NCBI GenBank assembly: GCA_001643675.2
Contig: LSRY02000018.1
Span: 930,001-994,000, forward strand
DNA length: 64,000 nt
Direction: 5' to 3'
Source: Monocercomonoides exilis PA203
Taxonomy: Eukaryota > Protista > Preaxostyla
The notes under the pieces were generated by a model. That model saw only the letters and a list, made by a program, of their open reading frames with translations, did not search any database and was not told where the DNA came from. The number at the start of each line of letters is the position of its first letter. Positions within the stretch are counted from its first letter, which is position 1. Made by a program: the position numbers and the translations under genes. Positions 1 to 11,756 of the stretch are shown here, one piece after another.

Positions 1-243
1 CGGTCCCAAAAAATATTTATTATATTTTCATTTTAACTTTTTGGAGTGTAATGGAGAGATTTTGTTGTTGTCGACAAATTTAACGCTTATCGAAAAATTA
101 TTCATCGCGTCATTTAAATTAATTTATGTTGACGTGTGTTATATTTTTCATAATCAAATTTTATTGGAAATATGATTCTTGCTCGATGATATTGAATTTT
201 TGTCTGGAGCGAAACATCCACTGAATTGAGTTCTATATTTTAG

Positions 244-1854
244 TGTGAGTGGAATGGATCAAAAACGACTGAAGCATCATCTTCTACGACTGATAGAGTT
301 TCCAGTGGAGGGGCGATTTTCTTGCATAATCTGGCATCGGGAACACTTTCAGTGAAATTTTGTTCATTCAATGAGTGCTATGCGTATTATGCTGGCGGAG
401 GAATTAATTGCTACAATATTAAGTCTGTTGAGATTGTGAACAACACATTCGATTCATGTACTGCGCAAAGTTATCATGGAGGTGGAATGTTCATTTTGAC
501 GATTTTAACGTGTGTCAGGATCAATGATTGTGAATTCCAGAATTGCAAAGCAAATAATGCTGGAGGAGGACTTCTTCTTGTAAATTTTCAGGTTTCAGGA
601 ACAGGATCCATTGAAGCAGAAAATGGAGGAGGAGAGAGTGCATGCTTGTTTGATTGCAGGTTCACTTCATGTACACTTTCAAGAACTAGTGGCGGAGGGT
701 TGCGTTGTGAAAGAGTTCCGACTGCACTTTAAATGAGGAGCATCCAGTTTATTTCATGTTTAGCAGTTTCAAATGGTTGAGGATTGTGTTTCTGTCCTTA
801 TCATTCAGCAGCTCCAAGTGACAAACATAATTGTTATTTCATCATCTTTCACAATTGCAGGCGCACTAATTCCACGCCATGTGGCCACGATGTGTGTTTT
901 GAATGTGATAACAGCCTCTTTTCGTCAAACAATCCGTTCTGTGAATCTTACACAACGAATACAAATGATACGAGAGTGCACCGCCAATCTTATAACGGAA
1001 ACAGTTGTGTGCTTCAGCATACACAAAAGAAGGATTGGCTGAAGGAAGGGATGAAGGATCGGTATGTTGGAGTGAGCGGAGATGATACAAACAATCTGTG
1101 TGGGATGAGTGAGGCAGCGCCGTGCAAGACAGTGGGGCATGCAGTGGGGTCGAGCATGGCGCAGCTGAGCTCGACAATCACAGTGCTGGGTGGGAGGCAT
1201 GTGAGCGAAGAGAAGACGATCAGTGTTGGGGGAAAGAAGATTTCTGTTATGGTGAAAGGGAAGACAGCGAGCTTGATTGGGACGAATTCTCTTTCTTTTT
1301 CATCGACAACGCTGTTCAGCGTATCTACTGGTCAACTGGATGTGGGGCATATTGGGATCGACCACAACACGACAAGAAGCCCATCGCCGAGTGTGTTTGT
1401 GGTAACTGTGGGGAGCGGGACTCTTTTGATGGAGGATATAGCGATCGACTCTTCGACATCAGGAGGGAGCGGAATGACTGAGTGTGTGCTTAAAGAAGCA
1501 CTGTCTCAGTTGAGGATGAGTGATGTTGAGATAGAAAATATGAAAATGAGTCAACCTCTGTTTGTGGAGCCATCAACAGAAGAATCTGTCCAAGGAGAGA
1601 GTTTGCTGGGGAATTTGACAATTCAAAATGTGAATCGGACAGGGGGAGACGGAGTTGTGATGACAAAAAGCGTGAAGGCGGAAGAAATATATGTGGTGTG
1701 GAATACAACGATTGAAGAATGTGAGTGTGTGAATGGAAATGGCTGAGGGATAAAAGTTGAGTTGTCATCTTCAACAAGCAAAACTCATATTGGTACATCA
1801 ACATCGCAAGATGGAGTAAAATTAAATCTTGTGGACGAATTTTACAAAATATGA
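244..1854 (+). pseudogene. Truncated pseudogene of the Cys-rich parallel beta-helix (pectin-lyase-like) surface protein family
   Basis: ORFs 322-732 and 784-1746 share one frame, broken by TAA at 730 and TGA at 778 and 1744. It has repeated GG(G/A)(I/L/M)..C.F..C motifs and the YV..D...CG....PC.TV module, collinear with the N-terminal part of the intact 32777-40216 protein. Homology fades near 1816. Confidence 0.8.
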
Positions 1855-2258
1855 ATAAAGACTTAATTCAAATTGTTGTGATATTTCATTTGTTATTCAA
1901 TGCATTCTTCTCAAAATTTGCTATTCGAAATTTTTAATGATAATTTAAAACAACATTCTTATTTGTTTTTTTTTATTAAAAGAAACAGTAATGTTCAAAA
2001 AACAACAAAACAATGAATGAAGAAAATAATCAATATAAAGCTCAAATACGATATAAAATACGAAATGAAAAAGAAACAAATATATTTATGGGTTTGATCA
2101 AATATTTTGGATTTTATTATTGAAGCAAAGATTTTTGAAATTTTTTCGATAACATAGTGTCAAATAATTATAATAATCAATAATATATCGAAATTTCATA
2201 AAAAAAATGTCAAATTCACTACTGGTACAATTTAGACCTATGCCAAATTTTGTTAATA

Positions 2259-2664
2259 TAGTTAGTGTTAATAATGGTGGACACTTTCAATAACTGTGGA
2301 CAGTGGCTTTTTCTCAACCACCGTTGACAGTTACTTTTTAATAATTAACCCAATTATTCCCTTATGGAATACAAACTTATATGAATTGTTTCAATCACAC
2401 ATCCAACACTAAAAAATTTTTAAAAAACAATTTTTTCTTTTCGGAGAAACTCAAAGAATTGAAATTCTCAAATTTTCTCCGAAAATTAAAAATGTTTTTT
2501 TCATAATTCTGCAGAGAAAGTTGTTTCATTTCTGTATGTCTAATAAGTTCACATTCATTGAAGGAATAATTGGGTTAATTATCAAAAAGTAACTGTCAAC
2601 GGTGGTTAAGATAAAGCCACTGTCCACAGTTATTGAAAGTGTCCACCATTATTAACACTAACTA
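2259..2664. mobile_element. Foldback MITE (~406 bp) flanked by TA
   Basis: 2257-2360 and 2562-2666 are ~105-bp near-perfect inverted repeats (TAGTTAGTGTTAATAATGGTGGACAC...). The interior is also quasi-palindromic (TTTTCGGAGAAA...TTTCTCCGAAAA). TA on both sides. Confidence 0.8.
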
Positions 2665-2717
2665 TATAAGTATTTATCACAAAAATAATGGAATGTTTAT
2701 CAATTATTTTTTCACCC

Positions 2718-3757
2718 ATGTCTCTTGTTCCTGATAAGAAATCAGATGTTGCTGATTATAACAAGCTATTTCAACATTTTGAAAAGAGTTGGGAGTGGTT
2801 CATTCATTTTATCAACTTTAATGAAACGAAAAAATGCCCATCTTGAACAAGATATATGAAATTAACAACGGTTGATGTAACACACATATCATGGAGATGT
2901 TCAGCATGTAACAAATTCATTTCATATTTGAAGGAGACATCTTTTTATGGAAGTCATATCAAAATCAACTCAATTTTTCTAATTCTTTTGCGTTTCTGGC
3001 TAAAAATTCGAATTGATCAATGCTCATTTTTCACTGGAGTTAGTCGAAATACAGTCGGTTCTTGGTATTCTGTTGCAAGAGCATCAATTGGAATTCGAAT
3101 GTCGAGTGTGAGGTTTGTTCTTTGGGTTGAAGGATGCATTGTGGAAATAGATGAGGCAATTCTGAGAAAAAGAAAGTACCACAAAGGGAAAAAGAAGAAA
3201 CAAATTTGGCTTTTTGGTACAGTGGAAAGAATAGAAAATGATGAAATCGGAAAATATTTTATTATCAGAGTTCCAAACAGAAAAAAGGATGCTTCGAAAC
3301 ACATCATTGAAGACAGCATTCAGAAATGCACAACTATTCTCAGTGATGAGTAGGGTGCAAATAAGTGCTTGAATGAATTAGGTTGCAAACATCAGACAGT
3401 TTGCCACAAATACGAATTCAAAAATACAGAAACAGTAGTGTGTGTAAATTGACAGAATGTTGTTGGTCTCATTTTTTAGGATCATTGCCTCCATGTGGAA
3501 TCAAAGAAAAGTTCATCGATGATTTTATTGCTTCATTTTAATTTCAACATGATAAAGAAATACTATTCACAGAATTTGTGAGGGATGATACTAATTACAA
3601 ACCTACTGAATCAGCAGTTCCCCATGACTATGATGATGGAGAAGGAGACGATGAAGCAGATGTTCCCCAAATTGAGCAGGAAGCAGGTGTTATTCATGAG
3701 GAAGAAGATGATGATCCAGGAGATGGAGCAGATGGTAGTGAATATCCTGAATCATAA
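2718..3757 (+). pseudogene. Merlin / IS1595-family (ISXO2-like) DDE transposase pseudogene
   Basis: ATG at 2718 is in frame with ORF 2856-3353. It has a zinc ribbon CPS*...CSAC (TGA at 2844 where Cys is expected), VEIDE, RKYHKG, W.FG.VER, TI.SDE* (TAG at 3351 where Trp is expected), H.TV.H..F, a frameshift near 3450, then E..W and an acidic tail ending in TAA at 3755-3757. Confidence 0.88.
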
Positions 3758-4117
3758 CGTTTTTGAACAATATTTAGAAATTTTGTAATATTTTTTCTTA
3801 CACTAAAAAAAACTTAAATATTAAAAACCCGCTATTTTTAACATGTCATTAATGCATTTCAACAATTAACAATTCAAAACAAAGTTGTTAAAATCATTTT
3901 TGGCTAGAAAGGAAAGGTGAGCATATGGGGCAATATTTTTGCATTTATTAAAAAACAAACGATTTGTTCCAAACTTTTTCTTCAACCTTGTCATTATAAG
4001 TCTTTCATTCCCATGTCAAAAAAAAAGAAGAAAAATTTAAAAAATGAAAAAAACAATTGAAAGTGTGGAATGGAACAAAATTCAAAAAGAAAAAAATTTC
4101 TTCCCATATGCCAATTA

Positions 4118-4864
4118 CACCATTTATTATTCAAATTTGGTAAACTTATTATTCGAAATTAATAAACTTATTATTCAAAATTAATAAAATTGAGTATTTT
4201 TTTTAAAAAGTTTTTTTGTGAAAAATTGGTTTTTGGCTGAATATCAGAAAATATTGAAAATATTATATTCACTCAATATTCGAAATATAGATGAGAATTT
4301 GAACCCAGATTTTTATTATTTGTGAATAAACATAAAATTTTCTGATTTTTCAGAAAAAAATCATCATCATGGAAATAGGATAATTTTTGAATTATTTCAC
4401 CTCACATCGATAAATAATGCATAATTCAACCTAGAAAAGTTGTTTGCATCAATGATACAAACTGAATACAAATATTATTCAGAACTGAATAAATTCAAGA
4501 ATGCACTTTCTGAAATCTTTATTTGTTTTTTGTTGTTCATTTGTATAAACTTAAGTTTTAATTACTTTTCTTGATTTGATAAGACATTATTTATCGATGT
4601 GAGGTGAAATAATTCAAAAATTATCCTATTTCCATGATGATGATTTTTTTCTGAAAAATCAGAAAATTTTATGTTTATTCACAAATAATAAAAATCTGGG
4701 TTCAAATTCTCATCTATATTTCGAATATTGAGTGAATATAATATTTTCAATATTTTCTGATATTCAGCCAAAAACCAATTTTTCACAAAAAAACTTTTTA
4801 AAAAAAATACTCAATTTTATTAATTTTGAATAATAAGTTTATTAATTTCGAATAATAAATGGTG
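4118..4864. mobile_element. Non-autonomous TA-flanked foldback element (747 bp) with ~280-300-bp TIRs
   Basis: TA|CACCATTTATTATTC...GAATAATAAATGGTG|TA. Arms 4118-4419 and 4585-4864 are essentially perfect inverted copies, except that the left arm has one extra 21-bp terminal subrepeat. Spacer is 165 bp. Confidence 0.9.
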
Positions 4865-4971
4865 TATATTTTCAATGAAAAAGTTGTTCGGCTAAAATTA
4901 AGTTCGAATTTATTCACAAAAAATTGTGAAAAATTGAACATGATTATATTTAATATTAACTGAATCTTTAT

Positions 4972-6000
4972 TTAGTTCTTTCTCTGTTCCTTTCTCATCT
5001 TTGTCTTGTCTCTGAAAGACATAAGACTTCTTGAGCAGAATGTTCCCGCGAATTCAGATGCAAAGTCAAATAACAATGCGTTTCTACGATGTATTTTAGC
5101 CAAAATTTTCAGAACGGATAATGTATTCAAATAGATATGTTGCAAAAGGAAATATTCATATTCTTTTGTATGCAGCGTTTTCTGTTGTGTCTGTGTGAAC
5201 GCATTCTCCACCAATGGCAGGACGGAGCAAGAAAAGATGAGCCAACTGATGTTGGCAGAAAGAGACGATACACCATTGATGACCAGAAGGGAAAGCATTC
5301 CTATCTTTACAAAGGTTTTATTGAAGCAAAGTTTGTAAGAAATAATCTCCGTCTCCACTGCAGAAGTTGACTGTATCGCAAGATAAGCATCAGATTTATA
5401 TGAAAATTATTGAATTGGTAAATTTAAAATTCATGCCATTATAGACAACTCAAAAATTTGCAAACATAAGATGAAAAAAGTTCTTATAATTTCTCTTGCA
5501 TAAGAACAAAATAAAAGCAAACGAGGAAATCCTGATTTCAATGTACTCGATTTTCCATTGAAGGCTACATTAAAGGCCTGGAGCTTCATAAAGTTTCTTG
5601 ACTCAACATGACTGTGAATTTTGGTATATGTTTTGGGAAACATATGGGGAACACCGTTTGATAAAAATTATTTCCGATTGACCACATCCAAAACATTTTT
5701 TTTTTTTTTGGAAAAAAATGTAACAAATATAGAATATACGAGTGAAATGGTAACATCATCGCTGATTATCATCATTGTGAACTAAAAGAATCCAATTCCG
5801 CAGCCAAATCTAAGAGTTGCCATTTCAAGGATACGAGCAAAAACATGTGCAAGTGGTAAATATGAAATAAGATAATCCTGTTCCCCGTCTTTTGGTGTTC
5901 CAGTCGTTCATAAAGCGTAAGCAATTGTGAAAATTGAATCAGGTGGTAATGGACGATTTTCAATTAAATTGGACTTTCTCAGAGCTATCTGATCCAAATT
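4972..6000 (-). pseudogene. Degenerate long-chain acyl-CoA synthetase (AMP-binding family) pseudogene
   Basis: The minus strand reads RPLPPDSIFTIAYAL*TTGTPK (AMP-binding motif YTSGTTGxPKG, TGA at 5908-5910), then ISYLPLAHVFARILE...GIGFF, GVP..F.K.Y.KI and KLCFNK..IG....I.G...LS. These are in ACSL order, with deletions, stops and no C-terminal half. Confidence 0.75.
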
Positions 6001-6612
6001 TTATAATTATACATTCAGAGCGAAAATAATAAGGTTAAAAAGGATAATCAACTCCTATTACACGTCAAAATTGGGGAATTTTCCAGAAGATTTAGTCTCT
6101 TTCACAAATTTTTATTCGTCCGATGTCAACACAATATCTTTCGAATCCAAATATAATTTTATGAATTGATACAAAACATTCTAACAAGATTCAAAGAAAA
6201 AATGTAAGTGTATTATTTTGTAAAGTTCAACATCGCAACTATCGGATACGTTGATAAAACATTACAAAAAAAAGTGGAACTGAATAATTTGAACTTTAAC
6301 CATGCTTTCCAAGTTTGAAAGAAAAATAGATGCAATAACCATAACGAGTTTTGATTTCATTTTTTTAAAAACACCTTAAAATATTAATTAGATAAAAAAC
6401 GAAATAGAAAATGATAACAATTAAGTATCATTCATACCCTTCTTAACCTTAATATGTTAAATACAATGAATCGGATTCATTCGTTAATTTTCATTACACA
6501 TGAAGAAAATATCACTTTAATTTTTCTATTTGATCTTCAAAAAAAATCTATTATTTGTATTTTATAAAATATATTTTTGGATCAATATAAGATCAAAATT
6601 GTTTGTTGAGAA

Positions 6613-8220
6613 ATGAAGGTTTGAGTCTTGCAAGAGAGCTCTGCGATATTATCATAATTTTTGTGAAAATGATTCTTTTTGTTGTTTTGTTTTCTTTCGA
6701 AATACTAGCTCAATATTTCGTACCCAGCCACTGGGCAGCAAAAGTTGATTGAGATCAACGATGAGCAGAAGATGTATGTTTCATTTCTCAAATTACTTTT
6801 AACACAAAATGTACAATATATTTTTTTTCTTTTTGATTCTTGAAGACATATCTTCATGGAGAAACAGATGGGACAGGAAGTTGATGGAAGTGCTTTGGGC
6901 GAAGAATTCAAAGGATACATTTTCAAGATCTCTGGTGGAAACGACAAACAAGGATTCCCAATGAAACAAGGTATTTTGAGTGCAAATCGTGTTCGCATCA
7001 TCCTCAAGAAAGGTATTGATATCATTACAGATTATTATTTCAAAAAATGTTTTTCAATCTATAATGAATTTTTTTCCCTGTGATAAGGTGATAAATGCTT
7101 CCGTGAACGTAGAGAAGGAGAGAGAAAGAGAAAATCAGTTCGTGGATGTATCGTGTCCAACGATATCTGCGTTTTGGATTTGGTGATCACAAAGAAAGGG
7201 CCAAAGGATATCGAAGGAATCACAGACAAGCCAAGGCCCAGACGTCTCGGACCAAAAAGAGCTGGAAACATTCGCAAACTCTTCGGATTGCCAAAGACAG
7301 CTGATGTGAGGAAATATGTTATCCGTAGGAAGTTGCCAAAGGGAGGATCAAAGGCACCAAAGATCCAAAGACTCATCACTCCACTTCGCATTGCTCGAAA
7401 GAAATATCTTGCAAAGAAGAAGATCGCATCAGCAAAGAAGACAACAAAGGAGCTTCTTGCATACAAGAAGATGCTTCTTGAGAAGAGAAACGAGAAGAAG
7501 AAGGAGGCCATTGAGAAGGCAAGAAAGAAGTTGCAACTGAAGAAATTGAAGGAGAAGAAAGAAGCCAAAAAGAGATGGCTGAAAAAGATTGCCAGCATCG
7601 AAAAGAAGACAGGAAAGAAATACGTCGTTGCTCCAAAGAAGCCGAAGACAAAGAAAGTTGAGGTTGTCCAAAAAGTTGATACAAAGAAATACGACGTTGA
7701 TAATGTTGACAAATCACACAAAGCCGCTCCGCTTCCAGCTATCTTGCTTGCTGAGCTTGACAAGAAATCAGGAAAGAAATCGAAAGCAACAAAGGCAACA
7801 AAGACAGCAACAAAGGCCCCAGCAAAGACAGTTGCTCCAGCAAAGAAGGCAACAAAGGAGACACCAAAAACTGTTACCAAAGCAACAAAAGTTGAGAAGA
7901 AAGTTGCAACAAAAGAAGCACCAAAGGCAGCAGCCAAAGCCACAAAAGCCACAAAAGAAGTGAAACCAACAAAAGCAGCCAAGCCCGCAAAGGAAGCACC
8001 AAAAACTGCACAGAAAGCAGCTCCAAAGGCAGCCCCAAAATCCACATCAAAAGCAACTGAAAAAGTTGCAAAGAAGGCTGAACCTAAGGCTGCACCAAAA
8101 GCATCTCAAAAGGCTTCACCAAAACCCAAACAAGCTCCAGCTCCATCAAAATCTGCTCCAAAGACAGCTAAAAAAGCTGCACCAAAAGCAGCAGCAAAAT
8201 CTGCGCCAAAGAAGAAGTAA
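6613..8220 (+). CDS. RPS6: 40S ribosomal protein S6 (eS6), 4 exons, 456 aa, with a Lys/Ala/Pro-rich C-terminal extension
   Basis: Exons 6613-6618, 6709-6773, 6846-7012 and 7088-8220 (all GT-AG, 1371 nt) give [18 protein letters not shown]...[22 protein letters not shown]...[13 protein letters not shown]...PRRLGPKRA...[11 protein letters not shown]. Confidence 0.97.
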
Positions 8221-9208
8221 TTTCTTTTAGTTTAATTTTTGGCTGGATTATTGTTTTGAAGGCATGTCAATCTCAACAAACTTGAAATATTCTACTCAAG
8301 AATTTTTATTTATTTTTTTTTGCTGAAGGAGACAAAAATCAAAAGAAAATATATCAAAAACAAAGTACAGACTTTATTTTTTAGAGTGAAAGAGTTTTTT
8401 TATTCGTTTCTTAAGGAGAATTAAATTTCTTTCTATTTCTATTATTCCGTTATTTATTTTTGTTTTTTTACAAATTATAGCGATCTAAATGCAAAAGAAA
8501 ATTTTTTATTTTTTGTTTGAAAAATGAAAGTGCCAATAACAGATTCATCTTTTATTTTTGTTCATTTATTAACATTACTTATTTGTGAAACATTCTTGCA
8601 CCGAAGTTTGCTAATGCGCAACTTTTTATTTTTTGAATTCATAGGACGATTTTTGATTTAGGTGTGCGAAGGATGGCAAGAATTAAAATTCCAAAAAGAG
8701 ACTTTATTTTTGATGAAATTAGATTTTTTAGTGGTATGCATCTAGAGATTTCAATTACTTTTCAATAATTAAAAAAGAGTTAATTGCAAACAATATATTT
8801 TTGGAAAGAAAATGTTTATTAGACTATGAAGAAAATGGAGATGGAACCTTTTCTTTGTATGCCATTTTTATAATCTTGATCGTAATTTTGAAATGATTAC
8901 AGACTTGTTGCGCATTGTGGTTTATCAAATGACATTTTTTGGATTTTATGTATTTTTTATCATCATTTATTGGTGGTTTTATCGAAAACAAATAACAAAT
9001 TATGGCGATTGCATCTTGGACATTATGGAGCTGGAAAACAATTGTTACCGTTCCTGCTACAGTTAATATTTTTAATTTTACCGGAGTATTTTGTATGTGA
9101 ATTGAAAAGATTAATGGATAATTAAAAGTATTTTTTTCGCCTTTTTTCTTCATAAAATGCAAGCTTTCAATTTTTGTTTATAAGCTGACAATTCTTTTTG
9201 CACCCGGA

Positions 9209-10771
9209 TTGATGACAATTTACCGCACATTTACGCTACTTATTGAAAAATTTCCACGCTTCAGTTTTATTAATGCAATTATTACTTTATCCGGTGTAGG
9301 AAGTATTAGAGCATTTATTATGACGATTCGTTATTTAATTGAGGCTCAATACGTGATTGTTAAGGAAGGCAACACAGAAAAAATCTTGTTGAATGATGAT
9401 GTCAACGATTTAGGAGATAAAATTAGCTTTAACAGAATCGTCGTCTTGCTTTCTGGGAGCAGTCGAGCTGCACTTGGATCCAACATTTCTGATGACGCCT
9501 CTTCGAACACAGAAAATGGGTCATCTTCGGCTCAGCACGAAGTTAAACCGGTGCAGAATCATGTGACAGCCTTGTCGCCTGTACTTTCTGCTGAAGGCGT
9601 ACCTTCTCCTGGATGGGCATCGGATGGGGCTCTGTTCAAGTACAGCAGAGAAGCTGTGCGGGCTGATCCATGGCGCGTGAAGGAGTGGGACTGGTACCAA
9701 GTGAGCAACAGCCACGTGGCTCTGCAGTTTACGTTTGGCCATGCGTCCTATGCGGGGCAGGTGGGAGTTATGCTGTTTGATTTCCAGAAGCAGAAGACGA
9801 TATACGTTTGCGACTGCATATTGCCTGTTCCTGTGCTGTGGATGAAGCTTGATGCGAGCGCAGGGGAAGATAGCGTCTTGGAGTACAAGAAAAAAGGGAT
9901 GTGGATGCAGATAACTACGAAGGAGAAAGGAAAAGTGAGGCGAATTGCTTGCAAGACGGAGGAATTTGAGTGCGATGTGACGCTGAGTCGGTTGAATGAC
10001 AATTCCATTGCGCTGGTTGTTCCGTTTAAAGAAAGCGAAAATCAATTTTATTTCAATGAGAAAATTAATTGCATGTCGGCTTCCGGGAAGGCAACTGTAA
10101 ATGGGGTGGATTTCATTTTCCGAAATGCGTCGCAAACGGAAAAGAGGAAAGATTCATCGATTTCGCATATTGTCGAGCCATCGAGCAAACTTGATTCTTC
10201 TTCGAGTGAAGCAAAAGAAAGCTTATTGCTTGACAACTCAAGTGAGAAAGAAGAGCAAGCGAACGAGCAGGATGATAATATGAAAGCCAAATCAGAGGTT
10301 GGAAAAGATGTTTGCGTTGACCGAGCTGATTGCGATGAAGCGTGGGGGCTGCTGGACTGGGGAAGAGGGGTATGGCCTTATCACAACGAATGGTATTGGT
10401 CAAATGCAACTGGAAGGGTTAATGGAAAAGTATTTGGCTTCAATCTTGGCTGTGGATTCGGGGAAACTTCAAAAGCAACAGAAAATTGTTTGTTTTTTGA
10501 AGGAAGTTTACATAAATTAGGAAATGTGAAGATAATATGCGATCATCAGGATTACATGAAGGAATGGAAGTTGGAGGATGAGGAAGGAAGAGTTGCTTTG
10601 GCATTAAGTCCAACATTTGATAGAAAAACTGAAACGAAGATGTTGTGGGTTGACAACTGCACTCATCAAATGTTCGGGAAGTTTCATGGTGTTGTTTCAC
10701 TTGATGATGGAACAAAGCTTGAAATTGATAATATTTTTGGATTTTCGGAATATGCTGTGAATAATTGGTAA
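9209..10771 (+). CDS. DUF2804-family protein (bacterial-type); true start uncertain, possibly with spliced upstream exons
   Basis: Motifs QHEV...PGWA, R.KEWDWY, YFNEKINCM.ASG, GLLDWGRGVWPY...WYW, FGFNLG.GFG, TEN..F..G..HKL, HQMFGKF.G and a terminal F.EYA.N.W. No introns in the conserved domain (~9535-10771). The frame is open back to a possible AG acceptor at 9163. Confidence 0.75.
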   Translation: MMTIYRTFTLLIEKFPRFSFINAIITLSGVGSIRAFIMTIRYLIEAQYVIVKEGNTEKILLNDDVNDLGDKISFNRIVVLLSGSSRAALGSNISDDASSNTENGSSSAQHEVKPVQNHVTALSPVLSAEGVPSPGWASDGALFKYSREAVRADPWRVKEWDWYQVSNSHVALQFTFGHASYAGQVGVMLFDFQKQKTIYVCDCILPVPVLWMKLDASAGEDSVLEYKKKGMWMQITTKEKGKVRRIACKTEEFECDVTLSRLNDNSIALVVPFKESENQFYFNEKINCMSASGKATVNGVDFIFRNASQTEKRKDSSISHIVEPSSKLDSSSSEAKESLLLDNSSEKEEQANEQDDNMKAKSEVGKDVCVDRADCDEAWGLLDWGRGVWPYHNEWYWSNATGRVNGKVFGFNLGCGFGETSKATENCLFFEGSLHKLGNVKIICDHQDYMKEWKLEDEEGRVALALSPTFDRKTETKMLWVDNCTHQMFGKFHGVVSLDDGTKLEIDNIFGFSEYAVNNW

Positions 10772-11637
10772 AGTTTCTCTGTTAATGAGAGAGTCTGAGG
10801 ATTTTAACTTTCTCTTGCAACGTTGTCTTTATAATTTTTGATCATGTATAGTGGATGACAAACCTGGATCTCGTATTAACAGTGATACGAGGCTTATATC
10901 ACCTCGTTTATAACCAATGTCTGAGGTTATCACATATATTTTGCTCTATTTTCTGTAATTTTTTTCGGTTATAATCAAACGAAAACCTCAAATAGTGTAC
11001 TAATTTTATCAAGACTATATTTTTTATCTTGACTCTTTTTGTAAACTTTCTGCTGCTTTTTTTAAAAGTTCAGCAAAGGTTTGCGGTAAAAAACTTATTA
11101 ATGAACTTTCTAATTGAAACTATTTACAACATTCAGGAAAATTGAATTTTTCAAAACAAAACAAAAAGAAAAGAAAAGAAAGAAAGAAAGAAGAAGAAGA
11201 AGAAGAAGAAAACCTGGTTCGAAATAGATATTTTGGACAAAATATTTTCCTTTCTGAGTTTTGTTCAACAAAATAATAATAAGTCTTTGATGTTGTTCTT
11301 CGAATTTTCAACATCTTTTTTAATAATTAAGAAAGATTTGGCAAAACGGCTTTAATGACAAACACTCACTTTTATTTTTATCAAACGAATGAATAAATAG
11401 CAAAAAAATACACTATTGAGAAGTAACTAATGCAAAAGACATATATTAACATATTTGTCTAAACTTGAAATGATTAAATATAAAATTATTCACAAATGAG
11501 TGAAAATACTGTCTTTCTAGCATTTCATTGCAAAAAACATAAAGCTTTTGTTTCGCTTAAAACTTTATTAAATTTTCTCAGATATCAAAATAAATAGAAT
11601 TAAACATCCGCCTTCTTTCATTATTGATATTAAAATA

Positions 11638-11740
11638 CAGATATCGCATTAAATATAGGACATCGCACAAAATACCTGACATCATCGATTTCTCTGTAAC
11701 TGCAAGAGGAATTATTTTTGACAATTTTCCTCAAAATATA
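11638..11740. mobile_element. Left arm (first part) of a disrupted CAGATATCGC foldback MITE
   Basis: TA|CAGATATCGCATTAAATA... matches 27097-27114 joined to 27830-27914. It continues at 20770-20871 after the 9-kb insertion. Confidence 0.8.
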
Positions 11741-11756
11741 CACCAAAAATTATTCA

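Noticed and set aside
3921-4112. Short inverted pair GCATATGGG/CCCATATGC as Merlin termini
   Set aside because: Only ~9 bp match, there is no TSD, and the pair does not bracket the transposase.
7059-8045. 328-aa Phe/Ala-rich antisense ORF
   Set aside because: Shadow of the Lys/Ala-rich RPS6 coding strand.
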